Positions 1-9,035 of a stretch of 32,000 nt of DNA are shown here, piece by piece. Origin of the DNA: Mycolicibacterium smegmatis (GTDB taxonomy: Bacteria > Actinomycetota > Actinomycetes > Mycobacteriales > Mycobacteriaceae); NCBI RefSeq assembly GCF_001457595.1, contig NZ_LN831039.1, positions 4,500,001 to 4,532,000 on the forward strand. Reading direction: 5' to 3'. Under the pieces are notes generated by a model. It ran no database searches and was not told where the DNA came from. It saw only the letters and a list, made by a program, of their open reading frames with translations. The position numbers and the translations under genes are program-made. Position 1 is the first letter of the stretch. Every line of letters begins with the position of its first letter.

Positions 1-207
1 TTCCAACAGCGCCCGGTAATCGGTCTGCTGGGGGTCGTAGGTGATCTCAACCGCCTCGGCGTGTCCGGGATGGTTGCGGTAGGTGGGGTGGTCGTTGTCT
101 CCCCCGGTGTAACCGACCCGGGTGGAGATCACGCCGGGCAGCGCGCGGATGAGATCTTCCAGTCCCCAGAAACATCCGCCCGCCAGCACTGCAGTATGGG
201 TTGTCAT
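1..207 (-). CDS. msrA: Peptide-methionine (S)-S-oxide reductase MsrA, 5' part only (3' end beyond window)
   Basis: Reverse translation [69 protein letters not shown] contains the MsrA GCFWG active-site motif; start overlaps the msrB stop (ATGA). Confidence 0.95.
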   Translation of the reverse strand, partial: MTTHTAVLAGGCFWGLEDLIRALPGVISTRVGYTGGDNDHPTYRNHPGHAEAVEITYDPQQTDYRALLE

Positions 208-413
208 GGTTGTACCTCGTTGAGTTGGGAGTCGGTGTGTCGTGTCGAATCGCCGGACGAGTCGAAGAGGCTCAGGTAACGCCCGTATCCCTCGGCTTCC
301 AGATCGTCGCGGTGGATGAAACGCAGCGACGCTGAGTTGATGCAGTAGCGCAGCCCGCCGTCGGACATCGGGCCGTCGGTGAAGACGTGCCCGAGATGGC
401 TGTCCCCGTGGCG
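204..413 (-). pseudogene. msrB: msrB 3' fragment (C-terminal part with catalytic Cys)
   Basis: Reverse translation [50 protein letters not shown] matches the MsrB C-terminus; joins in frame with the fragment at 1977-2267 across CGCCAC. Confidence 0.92.
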
Positions 414-418
414 GAATT

Positions 419-443
419 TGTCAAGGTGTTTGAGTCCAGTGGG
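419..443 (+). repeat. Left inverted repeat of the IS element
   Basis: TGTCAAGGTGTTTGAGTCCAGTGGG pairs with the reverse complement of 1946-1970. Confidence 0.8.
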
Positions 444-445
444 TG

Positions 446-1459
446 TTAAGCGGCTTCCGTTTCGGTCTCCTGTTCGGCCGGTTTGGGTGGGTTGATCGCC
501 GCGGATTCAGGTAGGTCGATGACCTTGGGTGCGGTGTCGCGGCCGAATCGGCGTGGGTGGCGCGCCCTGGCGTCGGCGAGCACGGCTCGGCGCTGGGTGT
601 CTTTCCCGCCGGCGAGGCCGTAGAACACATCGGCGGGTGTGTGCAGCCCGATGCCGCTGTGGCGGTGTTCATGGTTGTACCACTGCACGAATCGGTCCAT
701 GAAATCCCTCGCGTGATGGATGGATTCGAAGCGTTCCGGGAACGCCGGCGCATACTTCAAGGTCTTGAACCAGGACTCGCTGTAGGGGTTGTCGTTGGAT
801 ACCTTGGGCCGCGAATGCGAGCGGATGACGCCCAGATCCGAGAGCAGTCCGGCGACGGTGTTGCTGGTCATCGAGGTGCCCCGATCAGCGTGCACGACGT
901 GTGGGATGCCGTAGGTGCCGAAGATCTGTTCCATCATCTCCTTGGCCAGCTGGCCGCATTCGCGGGCGTGCACATGGACCCCGACGATGTAACGCGAGTA
1001 AATGTCGATCATCACGTAGGCGTCGTAGTAGACCCCTTTGACCGGGCCGGCCAGTTTGGTGATGTCCCACGAATACACCTGCCGCGGCGCGGTGGCCACC
1101 AGTTCCGGGCAGACCGCTTTGCGGTGCCGGGCCAGCCGACGGCGCTCCTTGACCAGCTTGTTGGCATTGAGGACGCGGTACATCGTCGACACCGAACACA
1201 GGTAGCTGCCTTCATCGAGCAACGTGGCCCACACCTGCATCGGCGCGGCATCGACGAACCGGGCACTGTTGAGCACCTCAACCACCCGGGCGCATTCGGA
1301 CTCGGTGAGCTTGTTGACCGGGACCGGTCGTGGTGCCCGATCGGCAGGCGCCGGCGCGGGTTTGGCGCGTCGAGTGGCCGTCGAGCGGTGCATGCCGGTC
1401 ACCTCCGCGGCCTTGCGGGTCGGAATCTGGATATCCCGCAGATCGTTGTAGGCATCCAT
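446..1459 (-). CDS. IS3-family-like transposase OrfB (DDE integrase, rve domain)
   Basis: 337-aa ORF with integrase-like stretches [74 protein letters not shown]. Confidence 0.92.
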   Translation of the reverse strand: MDAYNDLRDIQIPTRKAAEVTGMHRSTATRRAKPAPAPADRAPRPVPVNKLTESECARVVEVLNSARFVDAAPMQVWATLLDEGSYLCSVSTMYRVLNANKLVKERRRLARHRKAVCPELVATAPRQVYSWDITKLAGPVKGVYYDAYVMIDIYSRYIVGVHVHARECGQLAKEMMEQIFGTYGIPHVVHADRGTSMTSNTVAGLLSDLGVIRSHSRPKVSNDNPYSESWFKTLKYAPAFPERFESIHHARDFMDRFVQWYNHEHRHSGIGLHTPADVFYGLAGGKDTQRRAVLADARARHPRRFGRDTAPKVIDLPESAAINPPKPAEQETETEAA

Positions 1460-1887
1460 CAGCGCTTGGTCGGCGGCGTGTCGGTGTCCGCGCTCTCGGA
1501 GAGAGACTCCAAGAGCGCGTGTGCTTTTCCCATGATCCCCAGGGCAGCCTCGGTGGTCGCCAGCCGATTATTGGCCTGGGCGAGTTCCTTTTTCAGGCGG
1601 GCGATCTCGGCCTGCTCGCGGGTGAGTTTACCGACCTTCTCCCCAGGTGCCTTGCCTTCCAACACCCCAGCATCGCGTTGTTTGCGCCACTCGGCGATCT
1701 GCGAGGAATACAACCCCTCACCGCGCAGGTACGCCCCACCATCGTTGGTCGTACAGGCCTGCTCATAGGCATCCAGGTGGGCCAGCTTCTGCGCCGGAGA
1801 AATCGAGCGCCGCCGGCGCGGGCCATCAGATCGCGGTGAAGGTGCCACCGCTCCAGTCTCGCGCACAGCAGCCATCGTCGTCGTCAT
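1459..1887 (-). CDS. IS transposase OrfA (DNA-binding/coiled-coil subunit)
   Basis: 142-aa ORF upstream of OrfB on the same strand, TGATG stop/start overlap; Lys/Arg-rich N-terminus, [29 protein letters not shown] coiled coil. Confidence 0.85.
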   Translation of the reverse strand: MTTTMAAVRETGAVAPSPRSDGPRRRRSISPAQKLAHLDAYEQACTTNDGGAYLRGEGLYSSQIAEWRKQRDAGVLEGKAPGEKVGKLTREQAEIARLKKELAQANNRLATTEAALGIMGKAHALLESLSESADTDTPPTKR

Positions 1888-1945
1888 GGTTCAGGTGATT
1901 CCGTTCTCGCCCCGAGATCAAGCCAAGTTGCCAAGTTGCTAAGTA

Positions 1946-1970
1946 CCAGTGGACTCAACTCACCCTGACA
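1946..1970 (+). repeat. Right inverted repeat of the IS element
   Basis: CCAGTGGACTCAACTCACCCTGACA, imperfect inverted match to 419-443. Confidence 0.8.
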
Positions 1971-1976
1971 CCCAGG

Positions 1977-2267
1977 GTGGCGTGAACGAACTTCGGTGCG
2001 CACCATGAAGTGACTGCGGTCAGACTTCTCGACGACGTAGCCGTCGTCGAGTGGTCTGGTGAAACTCGGCCAACCGGTTCCGCTGTCGAACTTGTCGGCA
2101 GAGGCGAACAACGGCTCCCCCGACACCACGTCGACATAAATGCCTGGTTCGTGATTGTTGACGTACTCACCGGAGAAGGGTGGCTCGGTGCCGCTCTCCT
2201 GGGTCACGTGGTACTGCTCGGGGCTCAGCGCCTCGAGTGCGTCGGGATTCTTGCGATATTCGTGCAT
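1977..2267 (-). pseudogene. msrB: msrB 5' fragment (N-terminal part)
   Basis: [97 protein letters not shown], then diverges into IS sequence. Confidence 0.93.
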
Positions 2268-2289
2268 TCGGATGCTCCTCAGGACTCGG

Positions 2290-3090
2290 CTAGTTGCGTC
2301 CGGCCATGACGCCACCGTCGACGTTGAGAATCGCCCCGGTGATCCAGTCGGCCTGGTCGGACAGAAGGAACGTGATCGCGTTCGCCACGTCGGCCGGCGT
2401 ACCCACGCGGCCGAGGGGGTGCATCGGCGCGAACGTCGCGAGGGTGGCATCGATCTCGTCTGCGGGGATGAACTTTTCGTACAGCGGTGTCTTCACGACC
2501 GCCGGTGCGACCGCGTTCACACGGATGCCGTTGCCCGCCAATTCGATTGCCAGATTGTGTGTGAGAGCGTGCAGGGCCGCCTTCTGCATGGAGTAGGCCG
2601 TCGACGGGGTTGCCCCGATGGCCTGGTGCGCCCACATGGAGCCGATGTTGACAATCGATCCACCTACGGTTTGGGCCACCATGCCTGCCACCACGGTCTG
2701 GGTGAGGAAGAACAGCGCGTAATTCAGATCGAGATACGAATCGTAAGACTCGGCGTCGTAGTCCAGGAACGGCTTCGGGACGAAGAAGCCGGCGGCATTG
2801 ACCATCAACGTCGCGTCACCGTGATGCTCGGAAAGCGCTGTCTGGACGTCGGCAACCGCGGCCCGGTCTGTCAACTCCGCGGCGATTCCCCAGGCCTGTC
2901 CCCCTCGGCTCTTCACTTCGGCAACCGTGTCATCGACACGACGTTTCGAACGTCCGATGACCACGGCGCTTCCGCCGCGATCGACGATGTCTAGCGCTGC
3001 TTGGCGTCCCATCCCGGCACTACCGCCGACAACGACGACCTTCTTGCCCTCGAACTCTCCACCCACTGCTCGGATCCTTTCGTAGATCAC
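2290..3090 (-). CDS. SDR family oxidoreductase
   Basis: [15 protein letters not shown] cofactor motif, [16 protein letters not shown] active site, [11 protein letters not shown]-terminal ILNVDGG; GTG start probable (in-frame downstream GTG at 3066 also possible). Confidence 0.92.
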   Translation of the reverse strand: MIYERIRAVGGEFEGKKVVVVGGSAGMGRQAALDIVDRGGSAVVIGRSKRRVDDTVAEVKSRGGQAWGIAAELTDRAAVADVQTALSEHHGDATLMVNAAGFFVPKPFLDYDAESYDSYLDLNYALFFLTQTVVAGMVAQTVGGSIVNIGSMWAHQAIGATPSTAYSMQKAALHALTHNLAIELAGNGIRVNAVAPAVVKTPLYEKFIPADEIDATLATFAPMHPLGRVGTPADVANAITFLLSDQADWITGAILNVDGGVMAGRN

Positions 3091-3137
3091 CTGCGCTGCC
3101 GCCCAGGCATGTAGAAGGTCGAGCCTGGCTCCGAGGA

Positions 3138-3179
3138 GGGTTAGCTGTCGTCACCCCGCGGGGTCAACCACCCGGGTGA
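3138..3179 (-). promoter_or_regulatory. 42-bp regulatory module, copy S1 (upstream of SDR-msrB-msrA)
   Basis: Minus strand: TCACCCGGGTGG-TTGACCCCGCG-GGGTGACGAC-AGC-TAACCC; ends 47 bp before the 3090 start. Confidence 0.75.
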
Positions 3180-3202
3180 ATCGGGTTCCGCGGCGCGGAC
3201 GT

Positions 3203-3244
3203 TCACCCGGGTGAGGAACCGCTGTGGGCGATGACTGTTCACCC
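3203..3244 (+). promoter_or_regulatory. 42-bp regulatory module, copy S2 (upstream of the 3303-9035 operon)
   Basis: TCACCCGGGTGA-GGAACCGCTGT-GGGCGATGAC-TGT-TCACCC. Confidence 0.8.
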
Positions 3245-3302
3245 GCCGCTGGTGAAGGCTGCTCGTCAAGACACCCGAATGAGAGGGAACGAAAGGGCAG
3301 CC

Positions 3303-3737
3303 GTGAGAGTCCTGAGAGCATTCACCGCACTGACCGCCGTTCTGGCGGTGGCGCACGCTGCCCATGCCGATCCGATGCCGCCGAACGCCAACCAGGCACC
3401 GGTGGTGCGCAAGGTGTTCGACCAGCCCAGCAATGTTCCGGGCAAAGTCGTGCAGGCCGTGACCGTCAGCTACCCACCCGGGTCACGCAGTGCGCCTCAC
3501 CACCATGCGAAGTCAGCGTTCATCATGGCTTACGTGATCTCAGGCGCGATCCGAAGCGAAGTCGAGGGCGCGCAGCCGGCGCGGATCTACCATGCCGGCG
3601 AGACGTGGAGCGAATCCCCTGGCGCACACCACACGATCAGTGAGAACGCCAGTGCCACCGAACCCGCCGAATTGCTCGCGGTCTTCCTGCTCGATGCCGG
3701 CGACGGTCCGCGCACCACAGACGACCCGACCCGTTGA
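3303..3737 (+). CDS. Cupin domain protein with probable signal peptide
   Basis: MRVLRAFTALTAVLAVAHAAHADPMPPNA signal-like N-terminus; cupin-like PPGSRSAPHHHAKSAFIMAYVISGAIRSEVEG...YHAGETWSESPGAHHTISENAS; GTG start preceded by a purine-rich stretch. Confidence 0.82.
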   Translation: MRVLRAFTALTAVLAVAHAAHADPMPPNANQAPVVRKVFDQPSNVPGKVVQAVTVSYPPGSRSAPHHHAKSAFIMAYVISGAIRSEVEGAQPARIYHAGETWSESPGAHHTISENASATEPAELLAVFLLDAGDGPRTTDDPTR

Positions 3738-3749
3738 GGCGGAGGGTCT

Positions 3750-4304
3750 GTGCACACGCCTGATCCGGTTCGGGTCGTCCGGTTTGCCCTTCGGTTGTCA
3801 CTGGCCGCGGCATTTCTGTCCGCCGTCGCAGACCGCTTCGGCTGGTGGGAGCCACTGGGCCAGGGCAACTGGGGCAGCATGAGTACCTTCGCCGAATACA
3901 CACACCAGCTTGTTCCGTTCTCGCCGGGATGGCTGCTCACCGCTATCGTCTGGGCGTCCACCGCAACCGAATCCGTACTGGGGGTGTTGTTGCTGACGGG
4001 CCGGTGGCCGAGATACGTCGGTGCGGCAACTTGTTTGGTGCTCATCGTGTTCGGTGTTGCGATGGCGGTCTCTCTCGGTGTCGAGTCGCCGCTGAGCTAC
4101 AGCGTGTTCACCGCCGCGAGCGGTGCTGCGGCCTACGCAGTGCTCGGCACCACATCGCCGCTTCATGCGCCGGACGGCAAGGAGTCCATCGCTCGGACAC
4201 CCCGTCGCACCTCGATGGGGGGCCCTCAGCGTATTGACGTCGAGGCGGGCCGGGCAGCCCAGGCTGTTTTGGTCGAACACCACTGGAAGCGATGGTGGAC
4301 ATGA
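3750..4304 (+). CDS. DoxX-like membrane protein
   Basis: Several hydrophobic segments (FALRLSLAAAFLSAVADRFGWW, ATESVLGVLLLTGRW, AATCLVLIVFGVAMAVSLG); DoxX-like layout, family call from general resemblance. Confidence 0.65.
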   Translation: MHTPDPVRVVRFALRLSLAAAFLSAVADRFGWWEPLGQGNWGSMSTFAEYTHQLVPFSPGWLLTAIVWASTATESVLGVLLLTGRWPRYVGAATCLVLIVFGVAMAVSLGVESPLSYSVFTAASGAAAYAVLGTTSPLHAPDGKESIARTPRRTSMGGPQRIDVEAGRAAQAVLVEHHWKRWWT

Positions 4305-5785
4305 TCCGACAAGAGTTCGACGTCGTCGTTATCGGCGGCGGTGTGGGCGGCGTGGCCGCCGTGCGAAAGCTCGCGGCGGCCGGGCTCACGGTCGCGATCA
4401 TCGAGGATCGGCTGGTCGGTGGTGAGTGCCATTACTTCGGCTGCAACCCGAGCAAGACACTCATCCGCCCGATCGAGGTGTTCAACCTGGCGAGAGCAGT
4501 CCCCGGGGTACGGGAGACCATTGGGAAAGAGATAGTTTACACCCCAAGAGTTTTCGACAAGCGCGACGCGATCATCGAGTACCTCTCGGACCACGACCGG
4601 ACCACCTCATTGCAACAGGCCGGCGCAGCGGTGTTCCACGGGTCCGGCCGATTGAGCGGTCCCAGAACCGTGCGGGTGACGCACACCGATCGCCACGCCG
4701 GCCACACCGACTCTGTCCTGACCGCGCTCCACGCGGTCGTTCTCGCCACAGGCACCCGTCCCAACATCCCGGCGGTACCGGGGTTGGCCCAGGCACGCCC
4801 GTGGACCAACAGGGATCTGACCACCATGACACACGTGCCTGGGCGCACTCTGGTCGTCGGTGGCGGTCCGATGAGCGTCGAGTTCTCCACGATCCTGGCC
4901 GGCCTGGGTTCCGAGGTGACGCATCTGGTACGCGGAAACTCATTGCTGGGCGGTTGTGAACCCGAAGCCCGTGAGATGGTCACGCAGTCGTTGCGAGACA
5001 ACGGCGTCACGTTCCACTTCGGCACGCAGTTGTCGGGGGTCGCCCGTCCGGTGCCGGCCGGGCCGGTCACCGTGACTTTCAAGAACCGGACCGCCGAGGT
5101 CGACGAGATCGTGCTTGCCGCCGGACGGCACACCAACACCGACGACCTCGGACTGGACACCGTCGGTCTTCGCAGTGGCGAAATCGTCGCAGTCAACGAC
5201 AATCTCCAGGCGGTCGGCGTCCCCGGCGGCTGGTTGTACGCTCTGGGCGACACCACCGGACGTGCACGGCTGTCACACATCTCGACCTATCACGGCCGAC
5301 TTGCGGCCGACATCATCGTCGCCCGGGCCGCCGGCCACCACCACCTGCTCGACGAGCTCTCCGCACGCGACGCCCACAGTCAGGCGCAGGTCATCTTCAC
5401 CGACCCTCAGTTCGTCAGGGTGGGGCGCTCGGAACATCAAGCCAGAGCGGAAGGTCTCGCGGTGAGGACACGAACTGCGCACTACCCCGAGGCCGTGACG
5501 CATTTCGCACTCAACAGAGACGAGTTCGTCGGATGGGCCAAACTGGTCATCGACGACGAGCACAACACCCTGCTGGGCGCGACGTTCGTGGGTCCGCAGT
5601 TCTCCGAGTTGGTGCAGGCAGCCACTCTGGCCATCGTCGCGAAGCTGCCCATCAGTCTCCTTCGCCACGCCGTCGCTCCGCACCCGACCATCAATCAGGC
5701 ATGGGATCCGCTCCTCGCGCAGGAAACCGAACTTGTTCAGCACCTGAGGACCTGCGAGCCGACAACGCACCGGGTGGCGCTGTGA
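4292..5785 (+). CDS. FAD-dependent pyridine nucleotide-disulfide oxidoreductase (mercuric reductase/dihydrolipoyl dehydrogenase-like)
   Basis: FDVVVIGGGVGGVAAVRKLAAAG FAD motif, GGECHYFGCNPSKT redox CxxxxC, VVGGGPMSVEF NAD motif, YALGDTTGRARLSHIS, C-terminal HPTINQAWD dimerisation-like segment. Confidence 0.92.
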   Translation: MVDMIRQEFDVVVIGGGVGGVAAVRKLAAAGLTVAIIEDRLVGGECHYFGCNPSKTLIRPIEVFNLARAVPGVRETIGKEIVYTPRVFDKRDAIIEYLSDHDRTTSLQQAGAAVFHGSGRLSGPRTVRVTHTDRHAGHTDSVLTALHAVVLATGTRPNIPAVPGLAQARPWTNRDLTTMTHVPGRTLVVGGGPMSVEFSTILAGLGSEVTHLVRGNSLLGGCEPEAREMVTQSLRDNGVTFHFGTQLSGVARPVPAGPVTVTFKNRTAEVDEIVLAAGRHTNTDDLGLDTVGLRSGEIVAVNDNLQAVGVPGGWLYALGDTTGRARLSHISTYHGRLAADIIVARAAGHHHLLDELSARDAHSQAQVIFTDPQFVRVGRSEHQARAEGLAVRTRTAHYPEAVTHFALNRDEFVGWAKLVIDDEHNTLLGATFVGPQFSELVQAATLAIVAKLPISLLRHAVAPHPTINQAWDPLLAQETELVQHLRTCEPTTHRVAL

Positions 5786-6750
5786 GCCTCCGTGCGGCGG
5801 GTGTGCGCGCTTTCGGCGACGCGGTACAGACCCTCGAGATCCACGCGCCGCGCCCTTTGGCAACTGACGAGGTCCTCATCGAGGTTCGCAGCGCCGGTAT
5901 CGGCAATTGGGATGACATCATCCGCACCGGCGGATGGGATGTCGGCACGCGTCCACCACTGGTACTCGGCGTGGAAGGGGCCGGGGTCATCAGGAGCGTC
6001 GGCAGCGACCAGACCGGCTTCCGCATCGGCGATGAGGTCCTGTGTCACCCCGTTCCGCTTCGCGATCAAGGGACATGGGCGCCATACCTGATCGCGCCCG
6101 TCGGATCTCTGGCGCGCAAGCCGCCTGAGATCTCTTGGGAGACCGCAGCGGTCTTCCCGATCCCCGCGTTGACCGCTGAGCAGGTCGTCGGCGATGCGTT
6201 GGCCCTTGGGGATTCGGACACCTTGCTCGTCCACGGAGCGGGTGGGCTCACCGGTGGGCTCATCGTCCAGTTGGCGGCCCTGCGCGGAGTCGATGTGCTC
6301 GCCACCGCAAGCCCACGCAGCGCCGACCGGGTGCGCGGGTACGGCGCACGTGAGGTGCTCGACTACCGGGATCCGTTGTGGCCACATCACGCAAAGGCGT
6401 TGACAACAACCCCCATCCGCGCCGTCGCCAACGCGGCCCCCGGCGGCGCTGACGCGGCGATGACGTCACTGGCCGACAGCGGCCGATTGGTGACCATCAC
6501 ACCGGATCCGCCGGCATCAACCCGTGGCATCACCGTCGGTTCCGTCTACGTACGGTCCGACGGTGCTCAACTCGCCCGCCTGACGGCATTACTCGCTGCT
6601 CGGCAATTGCGCATGCCGGCCCCGCGGACCTGCCGTCCGGAGGAGGCAGCCGACGCTCTCGCGCGGGTCGTCGCAGGCGAAGAGCCCAGCGGTGTGGCCA
6701 TCAACCCGGGCCACCGCGCGGCCGGGGCGACGCCAGACCGCCCCGGATGA
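5782..6750 (+). CDS. NADPH:quinone reductase / zinc-binding-type alcohol dehydrogenase family protein
   Basis: VRAFGDAVQTLEIHAPRPLATDEVLIEVRSAGIGNWD, LGVEGAGVIRSVGS, DTLLVHGAGGLTGGLIVQLAALRG; GTGA overlap with the preceding gene. Confidence 0.9.
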   Translation: MSLRAAGVRAFGDAVQTLEIHAPRPLATDEVLIEVRSAGIGNWDDIIRTGGWDVGTRPPLVLGVEGAGVIRSVGSDQTGFRIGDEVLCHPVPLRDQGTWAPYLIAPVGSLARKPPEISWETAAVFPIPALTAEQVVGDALALGDSDTLLVHGAGGLTGGLIVQLAALRGVDVLATASPRSADRVRGYGAREVLDYRDPLWPHHAKALTTTPIRAVANAAPGGADAAMTSLADSGRLVTITPDPPASTRGITVGSVYVRSDGAQLARLTALLAARQLRMPAPRTCRPEEAADALARVVAGEEPSGVAINPGHRAAGATPDRPG

Positions 6751-6799
6751 CCGTGACTCACCCAACACCGAAGCAGTTTCAACACCGAGGAGCATCGCG

Positions 6800-7195
6800 A
6801 TGACAACCACCAGCACCAGGATCCACACCGGGGTCGGCGCCCACATCGCCACTGGATACGCCGATGCGATCGCCGTACCCAGCGCTGGCACAACGATTTA
6901 CGTGTCTGGGACTCCCGGGTTGCGTGAAGACGGCACCACGCCCGAGGACTTCACCGAGGAAGCCCGGCAGTGCTGGGCCAATGTCGAGGCCGCGCTCACC
7001 AAGGCGGGTGCCGCCCTCACCGACATCGTCTACATGCGGCAATGGCTCACGAGCCGCGACAACGTGTCGGCGTACATGGCGGTGAGCGGAGACGTCATTC
7101 GTCATCAACCCGCGGCCATGCTCACCATCGTCACCGGCCTGGTGTGGCCCAGCATCCACGTCGAGGTCGAAGTCGTCGCAGTCCTGCCGGCATGA
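6800..7195 (+). CDS. RidA family protein (YjgF/YER057c/UK114-like)
   Basis: YADAIAVPSAGTTIYVSGTPGLREDG...EEARQCWANVEAALTKAGAALTDIVYMRQWLT...MLTIVTGLVWPSIHVEVEVVAVLPA; RBS-like GAGGAG upstream. Confidence 0.88.
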   Translation: MTTTSTRIHTGVGAHIATGYADAIAVPSAGTTIYVSGTPGLREDGTTPEDFTEEARQCWANVEAALTKAGAALTDIVYMRQWLTSRDNVSAYMAVSGDVIRHQPAAMLTIVTGLVWPSIHVEVEVVAVLPA

Positions 7196-7593
7196 GTGAC
7201 CATCCTGTCATCGACCTGTCGGTCGACGAACTGCTCACCACGACACGTTCTGTACGCAGGCGTCTCGATCTCACCCGGCCCGTTCCTCTCGGCCTGATCC
7301 GGGAATGCCTGGAAATCGCGGTGCAGGCGCCGACGTCGGGCAATCTGCAGAACGCCAGCTTCATCGTGGTGACCGACGGCCGACAGCGCCGGGATATCGC
7401 TGACGTGTACCTGAGCACCTGGAACCAGATCGCCGCGTCGCCGTACGCGGTGGCCGACCGGTTCAAGGATGACCCAGTACGAAATCGTCAACAGCGCAGG
7501 GTCTCCGACAGCGCGGCCTACTACACCGGCACAACCTTCCACCGTGCCAAGCGGATCCCGCTCGACGATGTTCTGCACGTCGACCGATGGTGA
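7192..7593 (+). pseudogene. Nitroreductase family protein with apparent internal in-frame deletion
   Basis: N-terminal RSVRRRLDLTRPVPLGLIRECLEIAVQAPTSGNLQNASFIVVTD is nitroreductase-like; the C-terminal tail TTFHRAKRIPLDDVLHVDRW follows directly after SDSAAYY; 133 aa in total, central region absent. Confidence 0.75.
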
Positions 7594-9035
7594 GTTTGCG
7601 CAGCGTGGCACCGACCCACCGTGCGATGGTGGTCGCGGTGACGGTGTCGATGGTCGCGTTCCTGGACTCCACGGTGATCAATTTGGCCCTGACAGCCATC
7701 GAACATGACCTGGGCGGCGGACTTCCGCTGCAGCAGTGGATCGTCGACGGCTACCTGTTGACCATGGCAGCCGCGATCCTGCCAGGAGGATCGATCTCGG
7801 ACCTGTTCGGACGTGTCCCGGTGATGCGGTTCGGGCTGGTGGTCTTCGGGGCCGGATCGGTTCTGGGTGCCGTGGCCGCCTCGGCAGAAGTGCTCATCGC
7901 CGCGCGGCTCATCCAGGGTCTCGGCGCGGCGTTCCTGGTGCCCGGCTCGCTGGCACTGATCAACACGGTCTTCGACAAAGCACACCAGTCTGCGGCGATC
8001 GGTGTGTGGACCGCGTGGACGGGAACCGCATTCGCGCTGGGCCCGCTGCTGGGCGGCCTGTGCGTCGACCTGCTCGGCTGGCGTTGGGTTTTTGTGCTGT
8101 CGGCGATCCCGATGGCTGCCGGGTACGCGTTGACGTTTTGGCTGTGCCCGGTGTCGGGGCACGTCGTGGGTGCCCGCGTCGACGTCGTCGGGGTCGTTCT
8201 GTCGTCGGTGGGACTGGCCGCGACCGTCTTCGCATTGATCGAGTCGCAACGGAGAGGCTGGGCCGACCTGGTCGTCGCCACGCCAGCGGTCCTGGGAGTC
8301 GTCGCGCTGTCCGGTTTCGTGGGCCGGCAGCGGCGCAGCACGCAACCGTTGCTTCCGTTGTCACTGTTCACGGTTCGCAATTTCACCGCAGTCAACCTGG
8401 TGACGGTGTTCGTCTACGGCGCGTTGACGCTGGGCTCGCTGACTGTCGTTCTCTACGCCCAGGAAATCGGCGGATACTCGGCCACCGCCGCAGGACTGGC
8501 CACGCTACCGATTCCGGTCATGTCGTTCATCCTCGCCCGCCGCGTCGGCCGTATCGCCGCGCGGACGGGACCTCGCATGTTCTTGATCGCCGGTCCCGCC
8601 CTGTCGGGTCTCGGGATGGCGCTGGTCCGTTTGAAGGACAATGGATTCCACGCCACGACGGATCTGTTGCCCGGTATGGTTGTCTTGGCGCTCGGCCTCG
8701 TCCTCACGGTCACGCCGCTGACCTCGATGGCTTTGGCGTCGGTTCCGACCGAGCACAGTGGTTTGGCCTCCGCAGTCAACAACGCCGCCGCTCGACTGGC
8801 GGCGCTGGTATCCGTAGGCTCGATGGGGATGATCACCGTCGGCTCGACCGCTGCCGGTTTCGTCAACCTCTTGAAGGTCAGCGCCGCGCTGTTCGTCCTG
8901 GGATCGTTGTGTGCCGCAGTGTGGATATCCGATTCCCTCGGGGGATACGGACCTGTGCCCTGCGACCTCGCGGCATCGTGCCGCGACCGGCCCGGTGTCC
9001 AGCCGGCACTGGCCGAACAGTCACCTCCGCAGTGA
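7587..9035 (+). CDS. MFS transporter, DHA2 (EmrB/QacA)-like drug:H+ antiporter
   Basis: MVAFLDSTVINLALTAIEHDL, QWIVDGYLLTMAAAILPGGSISDLFGRVPVMRFGLVVFGAGSVLGAVAAS, RLIQGLGAAFLVPGSLALI, LGPLLGG. Confidence 0.93.
   Translation: MVSLRSVAPTHRAMVVAVTVSMVAFLDSTVINLALTAIEHDLGGGLPLQQWIVDGYLLTMAAAILPGGSISDLFGRVPVMRFGLVVFGAGSVLGAVAASAEVLIAARLIQGLGAAFLVPGSLALINTVFDKAHQSAAIGVWTAWTGTAFALGPLLGGLCVDLLGWRWVFVLSAIPMAAGYALTFWLCPVSGHVVGARVDVVGVVLSSVGLAATVFALIESQRRGWADLVVATPAVLGVVALSGFVGRQRRSTQPLLPLSLFTVRNFTAVNLVTVFVYGALTLGSLTVVLYAQEIGGYSATAAGLATLPIPVMSFILARRVGRIAARTGPRMFLIAGPALSGLGMALVRLKDNGFHATTDLLPGMVVLALGLVLTVTPLTSMALASVPTEHSGLASAVNNAAARLAALVSVGSMGMITVGSTAAGFVNLLKVSAALFVLGSLCAAVWISDSLGGYGPVPCDLAASCRDRPGVQPALAEQSPPQ

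Larger units (their letters stand above)
414..1976 (-). mobile_element. IS3-family-like insertion sequence inserted in msrB
   Basis: Two transposase ORFs; near-terminal imperfect inverted repeats 419-443 (TGTCAAGGTGTTTGAGTCCAGTGGG) and 1946-1970 (reverse complement TGTCAGGGTGAGTTGAGTCCACTGG); direct repeat GTGGCG at 408-413 and 1977-1982; removing 414-1982 restores the msrB frame. Exact ends uncertain by about 5-6 bp. Confidence 0.87.

Noticed and set aside
557-1768. 403-aa plus-strand ORF inside the IS element
   Set aside because: It is antisense to the clear transposase genes, with no recognisable motifs.
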